Shown: positions 1 through 14,104, numbered from the stretch's first letter. The stretch is 64,000 bases of DNA from Eledone cirrhosa (GCA_964016885.1 OZ024743.1:195362001-195426000), one strand, 5' to 3'. The notes: generated by a model not told the origin, from the sequence alone. Made by a program: numbers and translations.

Positions 1-54
1 CTGAATCTTTTGAACCTATATATATATATATATATATAAATATATATATATATA

Positions 55-335
55 GCAGCCAACACTGTAACGTGGTCTTGATAGGGACACGATAAAAAGC
101 GCCCAGCCCACACTGTAATGTGGTCGTATCGGTTTCGTGACAAAATCCACCCAGCCCACATTGTAAAGTGGTCATTTAGGTGGCACGCAAAAAGCACCCG
201 GTCCCCGCTGTAAAGTGGTCATTCAGGTGTCACGCAAAAAATCCCAGCCCACACTGTAAAGTGGTCGTTTAGATGTCACGCAAAAAGCACCCAGCCCACA
301 CTGTGAAGTGGTCGTTTAGATGTCACGGCAAAAAG
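55..335. repeat. ~47-bp tandem minisatellite, 6 diverged units (consensus CCCAGCCCACACTGTAAAGTGGTCGTTTAGATGTCACGCAAAAAGCA)
   Basis: Unit starts near 56, 102, 150, 197, 243 and 290. The array abuts a minus-strand SINE head at ~336-420. Confidence 0.85.
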
Positions 336-1185
336 ATAATCTCGGAGAGGTTTGAACTCAGAATGTAATGAGCCGTAACCAAATACCAAGTAGCGTTTTG
401 TCCGGCACTATAACTATTTGGCTAATAATAATAACTATTTGGCTAATAATAATAACATTAATATTGCTTAGAATGATACTCCTATAAAGAGAGAGTAGAT
501 AATCGAATAGATTGTGCTCTTTTTAGTATAAATTGTGTGCTTACTCTATGTATGATCTGCTTCTTGATTAATCATAGTTGTTATACTGTACAAATGTGTT
601 AAATTAATATTGTAAGCATATCAAGAAAAAGACGTTTCCACTATTTTTATCCACATTATATTATGAGCAGTTCCTTAAATTCAGTCTTCATTGAAAGCCA
701 ATGGAAGACACATAATTTAAGATTTATATCTACATCTGTTATTGCACCTGGCCTTTAGCATTCAATAGAATAATTATAGCTTAATATAATCATAGCTGAA
801 CATGCAAAATAACATACTAATATAGCAAAATTCTCTTTGGATTCTATGTCTCAATATGAAAACGACAAAAGCTGCCATTTATTTTCATACAACATTAAGG
901 AAAGGAGCATATGATATTCTTTAATTTTGTAGATTGTCTCTAACATAGACACATATCTAAGTGTACCATGGCACGCAAATGGCAAGTCGCATGCACACAC
1001 ACACATGCACACACATACACAGACGTATGTATATTTTATATGTACACACGCACATATATATATATGGGCGTGTGTGTATGTGTGTACAAATGTAGATATA
1101 TATTATATATATATACTATAACTATCTGTATCTCTATCTCTTTCTCTCTATCTATCTCTCTCTTTCTCTCTCTTATATATAAGCC

Positions 1186-2811
1186 AAATCACTGACGATC
1201 CCAAAGAATGCGCAGAACTCATTGCTGAGTGCTATGCAAGTATTTTTACTGTTGAAAACCAGAATGTACCATCTCCACCATCTCTAACATCAAATTCCAT
1301 AACAACTATGGAATTTACACCTGCAATGTTGCGACGTCACCTTAAGAATAAGCGCAACTATGCCTCCCCTGGTCTTGATGGTGTTACATACCTGCTTCTC
1401 AAACGTGGCGGGTATTTCCTTTTGCGCCAGCTTTCTTTCTTCTTTCAATACTGTCTCAACAATGGTACTACTCCGGAGCAGTGGAAAACTGCCAGTGTCA
1501 TTCCCCTGTTCAAATAGGGCAACCGCATGTCACCTGTCAACTATCGTCCAGTCAGTCTTACTAGCTGTATGGCCAAACTGATGGAATCCTGTGTCAGAGA
1601 AACACCTTGGAACTTCTGGAGCTCTCACAGCCTCATCCGACCCTCAAAGTTTGGATTTATCCCTAACTCCAGCTACTGTGATCAGCTTATCGAGTTCCTT
1701 GAAGACATCACCCGGATCACTGACAGCGGCTCATGGGTGGATGTTGTTTACCTTAACTTTGCTAAGGCTTTTAATTGTGCAACACAAAAAACTTATGGCA
1801 AAACTCTTTGCAATGGGTGTGAGGGATGATCTTTTCGACTGGTTGAAATCCTTCATTCTCAGCCGAAAAGAAGTAGTCACGGTTCTAGGACAGCATTCTT
1901 CACCATATGAGATGTCATCTGGTGTACCACAGGGATCTGTTCTTGGTCCCCTTTTGTCTGTGGCATATATTAATGACATAGATGCCAACTTACAGAATGC
2001 CACGGTACTGAAATATGCAGATGACATCAAGCTGTACCTTGAAATCAAAAGGACTGATCCTGAAATCTACAACTCTTTCCTACAATCAGACCTGGACACA
2101 ATGCTGCAATGGATCACAGACTGGCAACTGAAGCTGGCTGTGGATAAGTCTACCACCATGAATTTTGGGAGGAAAAATCCAGCGTCCACATACTCCCTCC
2201 ACAACACTGATATCAATAAGTCCTCTTGTGAACGTGACCTGGGCATTACTGTCAGCAGCGATTTGCGTTGGACAAAGCATGTCTCTAAGATTGTCAAGAA
2301 GGCCGAGGGTGTCTTGGCATCACTCAGCAAGACCTTTGTTAGCCGCTCTCCAGCCATCTATTTAAAACTGTATACAGCTATGGTACGACCACAGTTGGAA
2401 TTCGCATCATCGGTTTGGAACCCCTATCTTGCTCAGAACATTGACCTCCTGGAAACTGTTCAGAGACGTGCAACCAAGCGCATACCCTCCATCAGACACC
2501 TACCATACTCTGAACGCCTTGCTTCCCTGGGCATGGATTCATTGAAGCTCCGACGTCTGGCAATGGACTTGGTAAATACCCACAAAGTTATTAACCATCT
2601 TGCAAATTGCAACCCTGAGCACCTTTTTGATCTCCATGTGTATAACACACGTGGACATGCCTACAAAATCAGAAAACAGCACAGCTCCCATGACTTTCGT
2701 AGACATTTTTTCACGCTCAGAGTTGCTGAAGCATGGAACAATCTGGCTGCGTCAGTTGTTAGCTGCCGAGACACTGCATCCTTTAAGACACTCATGCTTC
2801 CCGAAATACGC
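1186..2811 (+). mobile_element. CR1-clade LINE reverse transcriptase, 5'-truncated and disrupted (stop at ~1515, frameshift at ~1775)
   Basis: SPGLDG, WKTASVIPLFK, NYRPVSLTS, DVVYLNFAKAF, GVPQGSVLGPLL, YADD, RPQLEFASSVWNP and TRGH...FFTLRVAEAWNNL motifs across ORFs 1308-1517, 1527-1829 and 1591-2838. Confidence 0.93.
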
Positions 2812-5800
2812 GAAAACTGCACGGAAAACCTTAATTAAATTCAATGACCATCTTTGGACCAGAGTAGATAGAGATAAACATTTCGATATCACTATGGGGT
2901 CATCAGACTCGGCGCATATAACAGATCTTGTGGGGCTTTTTATTAACAATAAATTACATAGAAAACTACCGGAGATGACCGGTGGTTTATATCGTGATGA
3001 TATGCTGCTGTTAATTGAAAATAATAATAATTGTGAAATCAATAAAAAAAGAAAATCAATAATACAATTTTTTAATAGCTATAATCTTAAGTTAGAAATA
3101 GAGAATAATTATAAAATTGTTAACTTTTTAGACGTTACATTAAACCTTAATACTGGGCTATACTATCCATTCTATAAAAGTAATGAGAACTTAAACGATG
3201 TTAGCTTCAACTCTAATCATGCTAGATCCGTTAAGAACACTAACGTAAATTCTGTACAACAATGTATTTCTCGAATTTCAGCGAATAAAAGTATATTTGA
3301 AGATAAGGGACAATATTATAACGAAGCTTTAAGTAGAGTAGGCTATAATAATGAAATTAAATACATCGACAATAATAATAAGGCAATTAACCATAATATT
3401 AACCATAATATTAATTATAATTATAATAAGAAACCTAGCATACACTCTAAAACTAACAGAAGAAATAGAACTAGAAACATAATCTGGTATGCCCCTCCAT
3501 TCTCACTAAGTATTAAAACACCTTTAGCTAAACTATTTTTTAAAGCTCTTCATAAATGTTTTCCCAAGGCTCTTAAATATCATTCAATATTTAACAGACA
3601 TACAATTAAACTATCTTACTCTACTACTATGAACCTAGCACAAAATATAAATAGAATCAATAATAGAAATCTAAACCTTAACCAGAATAGCACTAATACC
3701 TCTAGCAATATTCAATATAATAATACTGTTCCGAATAATATAAACTCTGATAAATGTAATTGTAGAATTAAATCAAACTGTCCTTTAAAAAATAACTGTT
3801 TAGTTAAAAATGTAGTCTATAAATGTAATTTCAAAACCAATGATAACATGTTTAACTATGTTGGCTCTACTTCTACAGACTTCAAATCTCGTTTCAATAA
3901 ACATAAATGCTCGTTTAACAATATTGGTAAAAAATCTTCAATTTCTCTATCCAACTTGATATGGAACTTAAAATCCAAAAATAGAGACTATTCTTTATCT
4001 TGGAATATAATTTCAAAGCACCCGCTTACTATAAAACAGCTTTATCCAAATTTTGCAATTTGTGTGTTGAAGAAATGTTCTTCATACTTAAATGTAAGAA
4101 CTCCATTAATTTACGTAACAATTTATTTAGTTCTTGTAAACATCGCCAAATCTCAACTTTTAGATCTATATATAAAATATAATTACACGTTTAATCTTCT
4201 CTACATAATGTTTACTTTATCCAAACACCTATAATCTCATTTCTTAAATTATAATCTCATTTCTTAAATTATATGCATACAAGTTCATAAATTCTAAGTC
4301 CTTAAATTTTAAATTTAATGTAATTCTAATTTTAATATCTTTTAATTCTTAAATATATATAATTTACTTCCTAAATTTTTACTTTTTAATATTTTTTAAT
4401 ATTTTTACTTCTTAAATATCTTTATCGTTATCTTTATTTATCTTACTTCCAAAATATCACATAATCTTTTTGAAAAATTATTAAACATTTTTTAATAAAA
4501 TTACTTATTTCCATAAAAACTATTTTTTGGGTCACCCCAATATGTTTAATATTTTTTAGTAGTTTTTAGTATTTTCTAGTATTTTTCTAATATTTGTAGG
4601 TATTTTTAAATATTTTTAAATATTTTAAAATATTTTTAGGTATTTTTAATTATTTCCTAATATTTCTTCACATTTTTGAATAATTTTAGGTTTTTAATTA
4701 TATTTCCTGAATAATTTTAGGCTTTTAATTAATTTTAAACATTTTAAAATGTTTTTTAAAAGGTTTTTGAGTATTTTCGGAGTCTTTTTGAGACCTTTTA
4801 AAAATCTCTTGGAAAGTTTTTCCAGGAATTTTCAAGAATTTTCTCTAGAATATTTTATAGTCTAAATTTTTTAATGGTTTTAGTATTTTCTTATACCTTT
4901 AATTAAATTAAATCTTTTATTTTTTGTAATTTTTTGTAATTTTTTATAATTTTTTGTAATTTTTTGTAATATTTTGTAATTATTTAATATTGGAGTTATA
5001 ACCAATAACTAACTCTGGCTAAATATATCTAAACATATCTTTGTCAAATTTATCTGGGATTTTCAATATTTTTTCCAACGTAAAGCATTAAAACATATAA
5101 GTAATCTTATTGACTCAGTTAATTTAATTTAATTTAATTTAAATACTTACACTAAATATAAACTATAACATGATACACCCATCTATCCACTCATATATCT
5201 ATCACTATATCTATCCTTATCCTATGCATCTACCTGATATAATATATTTTTAATATATCTTAATATATCTTAATATATTTTAATATATCTTTATTTTTAT
5301 TTTTAATATATCTTTATTTTTTCTATATATCTAAGTTTCTATATACTTATAATAGTAAATACATATTTATTATAATTGAATTCTAACAATTATTAGTAGA
5401 TATACGTAACATAAATACATAACATAAATATAAGACGTATTTACGTTATATGAACTCATCCTAGAATAAACTTCTTTCTTCGCTCTTTCTTCACTTATTT
5501 CTTCACTCTAGTGCTGCATATATTAATATCTTTTTTCTTTTTCTTTTTTACTCTTTTCTTTTCTCTCTTCTTTTGTTTTTCTTCTCTCTCTCTTCTTCCA
5601 GCAGTGTAATTTAAATAAACGGTTGTTCTTTTCAATTTTTCGGACTTTCATTTGCATATTCAGAAAGAACTTTGAATTACCCTCAAAAAAATTTTTCCTT
5701 ATCCAGCGAACTTTCAACCGTCAAGGATGTTTTCCACTGTTATGTCAATATTTATAAAACAAATTCTGTATTTTATCTGAGGAAAGTGCACCAAGACTGC

Positions 5801-5860
5801 CTTAGTTTCCCTTGAAATATATATATAGTTTCCATTTATTAATATATTGTAGATATATAT
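2812..5860 (+). mobile_element. Naiad-type Penelope-like element (5'-truncated RT + C-terminal GIY-YIG, long AT-rich 3' region ending in (TA)n)
   Basis: FDITMGSSDSA, GLYRDD, VNFLDVTLNL, IIWYAPPFS, CNCRxxxxCPLxxxCL-VVY...YVGST, and CNLC/CKH after a frameshift at ~4020. Decayed HHR at 5769-5826. Confidence 0.9.
5769..5826 (+). ncRNA. Decayed type I hammerhead ribozyme in PLE 3' pLTR
   Basis: TATTTTAT-CTGAGGA-...-GAAA-TATATATA. The 3' strand of stem I is deleted relative to the homologous copy at 6377-6442. Confidence 0.5.
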
Positions 5861-5867
5861 ATATGTA

Positions 5868-5922
<55 letters not shown>

Positions 5923-6269
5923 CAGTTGATGAAAGTTGGTCGATCAAAAATCTGCCGACCTTTTCGTAAACAGACGTGTTGTACTCCACAGTTTGTATTA
6001 CTTAGGAATATCTCCATAAAGTATCACCCGGAGCTTTAGTATAATAAATATGTATAGTGAAGACCCTTGGCGTGGTGAATAGGGTGTTAGGCTCACGATT
6101 GCAGACTAATTTATTTCACATTGCTTCACTCCATTCAGGTAGCAAGACTATTTAATGGATCTAGCCTTGTTACAGGTTTTGTCCACGACATCTACGTTAG
6201 GTGTGTACGTGTCTATGAAATGGGCTGTGAATTGCAACTCAATTTCATAATAATATCATATCATATCAT

Positions 6270-6331
<62 letters not shown>

Positions 6332-6337
<6 letters not shown>

Positions 6338-6518
6338 GTATTAAATAAATGGAAACTATATTTATAAAACCATATTTATTTTATTATATATATATTTCAA
6401 GTGTACCAAGACAACATTGGTACACATTCATCAGATAAAATACAAATTTTGTTTTATAAATGGAGACATACTCATGAAAATCATACCTTATAGGTTGGAA
6501 ATTCACTGGATAGTGAAT
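6332..6518 (-). mobile_element. Solo PLE pLTR fragment, inverted homolog of ~5700-5850, between (TA)n tracts
   Basis: The reverse complement aligns with 5700-5850 (atccagtgaatttccaacc...ataaaacaaa...tattttatctga...tatagtttccatttatt). Confidence 0.75.
6377..6442 (-). ncRNA. Type I hammerhead ribozyme, apparently intact
   Basis: rc: TATTTTAT CTGATGA a(t)GTGTACCA atgttgtct TGGTACAC tt GAAA TATATATA TA ATAAAATA. Stems I and II pair, stem III is palindromic, AUA cleavage triplet. Confidence 0.8.
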
Positions 6519-6563
6519 ATATATATATGTATATATATGTATATATATGTATACGTATGTATG

Positions 6564-6649
<86 letters not shown>

Positions 6650-6719
6650 CATACATACATATACATATATATATACATATATATACATATATATATATAT
6701 TCACTATCCAGTGAATTTT

Positions 6720-9700
6720 TTGTTAGTTTCAGAAGATCCCGTTAAGGGTGAGAGCAGCGATTCTTTGCTTAAACTTTAATCTTAACGGGATCTTCTGACA
6801 CTAACAAAGTCAATCTGTGAACACAGAAGTGAATATTTCAAAAATCGTTGCAACCGGAGGAAGACAGGAAGACGATACTTTGGTTCGTGGTAAAGTTCCC
6901 TGGCAAAGAACGGGAAAAAAACGAAATGATACGTCATTATTTGGAGCGGTGAAAAACAATTACACGCAAAGACAGAACCACGTGTATGGTATAAAAGAAG
7001 TCGTAGACTAATATTCTCTTAAGTGATTCATAGAGACCTTCTCTTGCAATGAACGAAAAAAACGAAGATAATACGTCATATGTGGAGCGTGGAGAACAAT
7101 TGCACGCAAAGACAAAACCACGTAAATGGTATAACTGAAGTCGTAGACTAAAACTCTAACTAGGAAATCGAAAAACTCCTGATACAGAAAACAGACGCGT
7201 TCATTAAAAGGTTGCGTTGGCGTGCCTTTTATTTCGATAATCAGCGAAAAGCAGAAAACAAACAGGATAAATGTGGGTTTAAAACCTGTAATAACCCTCC
7301 GTGTAACCCAGCATTGCTACCCTTCGAAAATGATCTCTTGGAACTCATACGCAATATCAAATTTCGGAATAGGAGCAATTGCTTCCAGCAGGACCTGAAG
7401 AGTAGAATTCGTTCTATTAAGGATTCTAATGCCGTGCACGCTCAGTCCGAAAAAACTGGCAACCTATATCAAGTGGAGCGCAGTACTTACCATCAACTAC
7501 TATATAAGGATTACCGTAAAACTAATCGGTGCGTCATCAATGAAATCAACGATGCTGGGTTTAAAATCACATCTGATCTCAACACCCTGGACCGGACCGA
7601 ACCTCTGGACCCCTTTTCTCCCCACTTTACCCTGAAGGATCAGAAATCTAATTTTCCGAACAACCCCTCTATTCGGCTTATTAACCCTACGAAGTCCGAT
7701 TTAGGTAGACATAGTAAAAGGATTCTTGATAGAATTATACCTGAAATTAGAAGTTTGGCCACTCTTGCACTGTGGAACAATTCTTTCGCGGGGATTGATT
7801 GGTTCAACGGCATATGTAACAAGGAACATTGCCGTTTTATCCAATTCGACATCAATAATTACTATTCCTCCATCACTTTACCACTTCTGCTTAGAGCTAT
7901 CAATTTCGCTAAAATACTCACAGTGGTCAAGGATTTTGAAGTTGATGTCATCCTCAATGTCCGTAAGTCGGCGATTAATTTCGACTATTATTTTTGGATT
8001 AAAAAAACTAATAGTACCCCATTCGACGTGAGTATGGGCGCCAGCGATTCTGCGGAGGTTATTGATCTTATAGGCCTTTTCCTTCTTTTCTCTATCAAGG
8101 ACGAATTCCCCAACGTGGGCGGTGGTTTCTACCGTGATGATGGTCTTTTGAACATGACTAAGTGCGACCCACGTGCTTGCGACAGGTTCAGAATAGAACT
8201 CACAGCCTTCTTTAAAGGCTTCAACCTCTCTATACAGGTTGAGGCCAACCTCTCGGTCGTTAATTACCTCGACGTTACCCTCAATTTATCGAATGGCTTG
8301 TAATACCCTTATAGAAAGCCGAATGATACGCTTAATTACATAAGTAAGCATTCCAACCATCCTGCCAGCATAACCAAGAACCTGGTAAGAAACGTTACTT
8401 TGAGGCTTTCCTATCTATCTACTAACGAGCATATTTTCAACGACCATTCCACATGTTACAATGAAGCTCTTGCTCGGAGTGGATTTGTTGATAAGGTAGC
8501 ATATACAGAGTACGAGAATAGACCTAGAAGAAATAGATCCCGACGCATTATATGGTATAACCCATTAGCTAAGATCTTTCTATCCATTATTACGAAGCAT
8601 TTTCCCCCTACACATAAATATAGTAACATGTTTAATAGAAATACTATTAAAATGTCTTACTCTACGGCTCCTAACCTTGCACATAACATCACAACTTCAA
8701 ATTTAGCTAAACTACCTAGCCGTAGGAACACGTGGAACCCTGTATTTAGTACTAACTGTAATTGTAGAAATCGGGTTGATTGCCCCCTATCCGGGAAATG
8801 CCTCTTTAGTAACATTGTCTACAAATGTAAGGTTGAAACACCCACGTCCCGTAGGGCCTACATAGGGTTAACCGCCAATAGATTCAAGCAGCGTCTTTAC
8901 ATGCATACCCATTATATTCGGTACCCTCTAAATATGACATCACTTTCAGATTATATCTGGAGTCTAAAAGACAACCACACCCAATATAATTACACTGAGA
9001 GATCCGAGCTAGGGTTAAATAGTTTAACGGAAATAAAATACCATGTGACCTCTGCGCCGCTGAAGCCCTGGAAATACTCTACGCCAAAGACCACATCTTA
9101 AACAAAACATCTGAGGCAATTTCGGCTTGTAAACATAAATTGCACAAAACTTTCCTGTATTACAGCCCCACTTTATACCCTAACGGATAGTATGATCTAT
9201 ACGCCGATATTTTACGTCTTTATGTGGTAGCTAAGTATATGTTGTGTTTATACCATTACTTATTTGTATAGGTAAGTATATATTACCTGTATGTTTTGTG
9301 AAGGTACGTATACTTTCTCGTACGTATATTTGATTGTATATGTTATGGCGTATATATTATATATTCTTGTACATATGCTTTTGGTTATGTGTATACGTGA
9401 GTTTTGCGTCTGTGTGAGTATGCGGGTTCGTACGTATGTAGGGTGTGTGTATATGTGTACTTCGTGTTTTGGTTGACGTACTCTCCGAACATTTGTGTAT
9501 TTACATGTAGGTATGTGTGTGCGCTTGTTATATACGGATTTATTTATTTATATACGTTTATTTAATTATTTGTATACACGCAGACACACACACACATATT
9601 CATATGTGCGTGTATTTGTATACCTATGGCGAGTGTTTTCGCGTATGCTTGTGTATGTACGTATATGGATGCGTGTATGTATTTATTTAATTTCAATTAC

Positions 9701-10270
9701 CTCTGTATTTTATTTACTTTATTCTTAACTCTGAAGCGGAGAATCATTCGGTTTCCTAGTTAGAATTTTAGACTACGACTTCAGTTATACCATTTATGTG
9801 GTTTTGTCTTTGCGTGCAATTGTTCTCTACGCTCCAATTATGATGTATTATCTTCGTTTTTTCCGGTCATTGCCACAGAGCGTCTTTATGAACCACATAA
9901 GAGAATATTAGTCTACGACTTCTTTTATACCATAAACGCGGTTCTGTCTTTGCGTGTAATTGTTTTTCACCGTTCCTAATAATGACGTATTATATTCGTT
10001 TTTTTTCCCGTTCTTTGCCAGGGAACGTTTCCACGAACCAAAGTATCGTCTTCCTGTCTTCCTCCGGTTGCAACGTTTTTTGAAATATTCACTTCTGCGT
10101 TCACAGATTGACTTTGTTAGTTTCAGAAGATCCCGTTAAGTGTGAAAGCAGCGATACTTTGCTCAAACTTTAATCTGATATTTTAATAAATATTTGCTCT
10201 ACGGTTCTTATATATTTGATATATATTTATCCTTATCGAGCCCTCTTTTTATTTTAGCCTTCAAATTTAT
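6720..10270 (+). mobile_element. Near-full-length Naiad-type PLE with 5' inverted pLTR (6781-7171 = rc of ~9747-10140). ORF ~7172-9190 has a TAA at 8301 and a frameshift at ~8995
   Basis: FIKRLRWRAFYF, RLINPTKSDLG, FIQFDINNYYSSI, FDVSMGASDSAE, FYRDDGL, NYLDVTLNL, IIWYNP, CNCRNRVDCPLSGKCL-IVY...YIGLT. Flanked by (TA)n on both sides. Confidence 0.93.
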
Positions 10271-10276
10271 TATTAT

Positions 10277-11004
<728 letters not shown>

Positions 11005-11859
11005 GTATTAAGGATACTATTTATGGTTATGTATATACTAAAACCTTTTATAGTTATATATAGTTTAAACCCTAAATAGTGAAAGACAGTCATTTATTAC
11101 TATCTTATTACCAGTAAGATAAATAGCTCAATGTAATAACATCAGTTGTTCTACAGAGCAGTTATATAGAAATTACATGAATCAAAGTTCTGTTTAAACC
11201 ATTTATTCGCTTACAATTGTTTATTCGAAACCGAGGTTTGGAGTCTTCGGAGCAATTTTTCAATGATTGTTTACATACATGACCTTCTTTCCAACACAAG
11301 AGACATACAGAAACATATGTATATATTGATGCACAGTGGCTTGACATCCATTACAATATTTTAGCATGGTAATTTACATTCAAAGATTAAAGTCATATTA
11401 AAAGAAAACAAGATTAAAGTTAAAATACAACATTGGCTGTTTACGAAGATAATGCAAGAGGATAGTTAGATGTTGTTAGGGTATGCAATAGTTACACGTG
11501 GGCCATGCACGTGTGTCTTATTTATATAAGATTATAATGCGGCAGGGTGTTATATGTAATACAAGCACTTTAAGCGGGCAATAAAGAGTATTATGGGGGT
11601 TGTATTGGTAAAGTATTTTTTTATATGTATGATATAGAAGCTTGTGTGCAGAGAAATATTAAAAATATTAAAAATAAGAAGCAAAACAATGTTATGGTTT
11701 TCGTATACACCACCATTTTCACAATCCAGGAAACGTAATATATAGATTATATGTCCTTCACATAATCTACGATGATTCAATATTGGATGCTTGATGAATT
11801 ATGTTAGAATATTACAGCTTGTTCTTTAATCCAATTTTATAGAGCAGGTTGTTTTTGTT

Positions 11860-13860
11860 GCGAGAATTAACATCTTCCCAAAACCACGAAAACGAATTCA
11901 CTTCTACTTAGTTTTGATGTGGTAAGCCTTTACACCAACATTACACATGATTTAGGAATAAAGGCGGTTAAATACTTGGTCGAAAAACATATAGAAATGA
12001 TTCCAACCAGATTCACAGCGCCATTTATATTAGACGCAGTCAAACTTAATCTGGAAAACAACCTTTCTTCTTCAATGGAAAGAATTACATCCAAATTAGA
12101 GGCACAGCGATGGGAACGAAGTTTGCCCCCGTTTACGCGAACTCTGTAATGGGATACTTAGAACAACAACTCTAACAAGAAATAGAGGAAACATATAGTA
12201 CTGACTTTAGAATGTACATTGAAAAGTATTGGAAGAGATACCTTGACGACTGTTTCATCATCTGCACAACATCTCTAGATACTCTGGATAAGTTCAATAT
12301 CCTCCTGAATAACCTACACCCATCTCTCCAATTCACAAAAGATATGAGTAGTACCAAATTACGATTCCTAACGGTAATCAAAAACGACACCACCATTACC
12401 ACGGATATATATTATAGACACACAGACACCCATCAATATCTGAATTTTAAGTCGTGCCATCCACCTCATACAAAACGCAACATCGCATACTGCCTAGCCA
12501 GAAGAATTTGTACCATTGTAGAAAATACGAATACCAGGAACAAACGCCTAACAGAACTGAGAGAATTTTTGCTCAAACAAAAATACCCATCTCTACTTAT
12601 AGAAAATGGCATACAGCGGGCTATAAAAATACCTATACAACTTAGGACAACCCAAGGAAGAAGAAACCAAGAACTGGTCATACCATTTATAATGACACAC
12701 AACCCATGTCACCAGAATATCTTCAACACTGCCAAAGTAAACCTACCGATCATTGCTCAAAGTAATGAAATAAAAGGCTTAATCACAGACCGATCTTTGA
12801 CTCTTAGTAAAAGACAGCCGAAAAATTTGAAGCAATTACTAACAAAGGCAAAGTTTGACCTTAACAACAAAGACCAATCATTCACCGTATCCAAATGCAA
12901 TGATAGTTGATGTGGCACATGTCAATCCATAAACACCGGTCAATATATGAACACAAACACTGGAAAAATATTCCCAAATGCAAATATGAACTGCAAAAGC
13001 ATAAATCTAATTTACTGCATTAAATGCCCGAATTGTGAAGAACTATATGTCGGTCAAACTGGAAATGCACTTTCGGAACGTGCACGGGTGCACCTACCGC
13101 AAATCAGAGACCCAAATGCCCGTCAGATACCCCTGAGCAACCATCTAGCAACATGTGGTCAGAAAATATTTATAATATTTCCATTTTACAAATTACACAG
13201 CCCAAGTGAAATCAAGAGGAAAATTAAAGAAAATAATTTTATAGATAAATTCCAACCCAAGCTAAATGAACAATAATAATGCTGAGGGGTATTACTCCAA
13301 CTATGACTACGCCTACGACCATGTCGACTACCACCACTAACAACAACAATAATAATAATTAAAGTAATGTTGATGGTGATGATTATTGAAGACTTTATAA
13401 AAACCCTAGAAAATGACATTTTCATCATTTCTAAAAATAGCAAACAATTGATGCTTTGGATAGGGTCAAATAGAAGTCGTTAGATATGCTCAACCAACCG
13501 TGACGCCTAAACGAATCAGCTTAAGTAAGCCAGTGAAACTACACACCGATTGGTCGAAATACAGTTTGCAAAACTTAGCATTCTGTAGCCACTTTTCACT
13601 GTATATAAGGCACAAAATTTACCCATCTCATTACAGTTGAAAATTGCAAACTTGACTGTCACCACAGAATATGACCCTGAAGATTACGAAAGCATGAAAG
13701 TACTTGTTCAATTAACATTAACATTTAATATTCTACCATACTATTTCATTGTAATACCATTATAATGTTAAAGGATTGTAAATAAAACGAGTAAATCAGA
13801 CAAAGTTGGAATTCCTTTTATTAATATAATCCTCTATACACAATCATACACACCCGTGTA

Positions 13861-13868
<8 letters not shown>
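11860..13868 (+). mobile_element. Neptune-type Penelope-like element (RT, Cys-rich linker, GIY-YIG), disrupted
   Basis: [21 protein letters not shown] (frameshifted), YWKRYLDDCF, TDTHQYLNFKSCHP, KCNDS*CGTC...NCKSINLIYCIKCPNCEELYVGQTG. The 3' end carries an HHR and is followed by (TA)n. Confidence 0.9.
13672..13710 (+). ncRNA. Minimal type I hammerhead ribozyme (slightly mutated) in PLE pLTR
   Basis: TGACC CTGAAGA t-TAC-gaaa-GCA-t GAAA GTAC TT GTTCA. Palindromic stem III, one mismatch each in stems I and II. Confidence 0.6.
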
Positions 13869-13944
<76 letters not shown>

Positions 13945-14067
13945 TACACGGGTGAGTATGATTGTGTATAGAGGATTATATTAATAAAAGGAATTCCAAC
14001 TTTGTCTGATTTATTCGTTTTATTTACAATCATTTAAAATTATAATGGTATTACAATGAAATAGTAT
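13739..14067. repeat. Fold-back inverted duplication (~130-bp arms) centred on (TA)n
   Basis: 13739-13868 is the rc of ~13937-14067, with a few substitutions. Confidence 0.9.
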
Positions 14068-14104
14068 ATATATGTATATCTATCTCGTATATATATATAT
14101 ATAT

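Noticed and set aside
55-335. CRISPR-like array
   Set aside because: The variable parts are homologous to one another, the context is eukaryotic and there are no cas genes.
2600-4234. 544-aa ORF as a single novel gene
   Set aside because: The first ~70 aa are an off-frame reading of CR1 sequence; the rest is a truncated, frameshifted Naiad RT-EN.
9722-9768. HHR in the pLTR of the 6720-10270 Naiad
   Set aside because: The expected position and stem I (TTCTTAACT/AGTTAGAA) are there, but the core reads CTGAAGC and GAAA is missing. At best a deleted relic.
12908-12910. TGA within the Cys-rich linker of the Neptune-type PLE as Sec
   Set aside because: It falls at the Arg of CxxxRCxxC, so CGA>TGA decay is the simple explanation, and the copy has other lesions.
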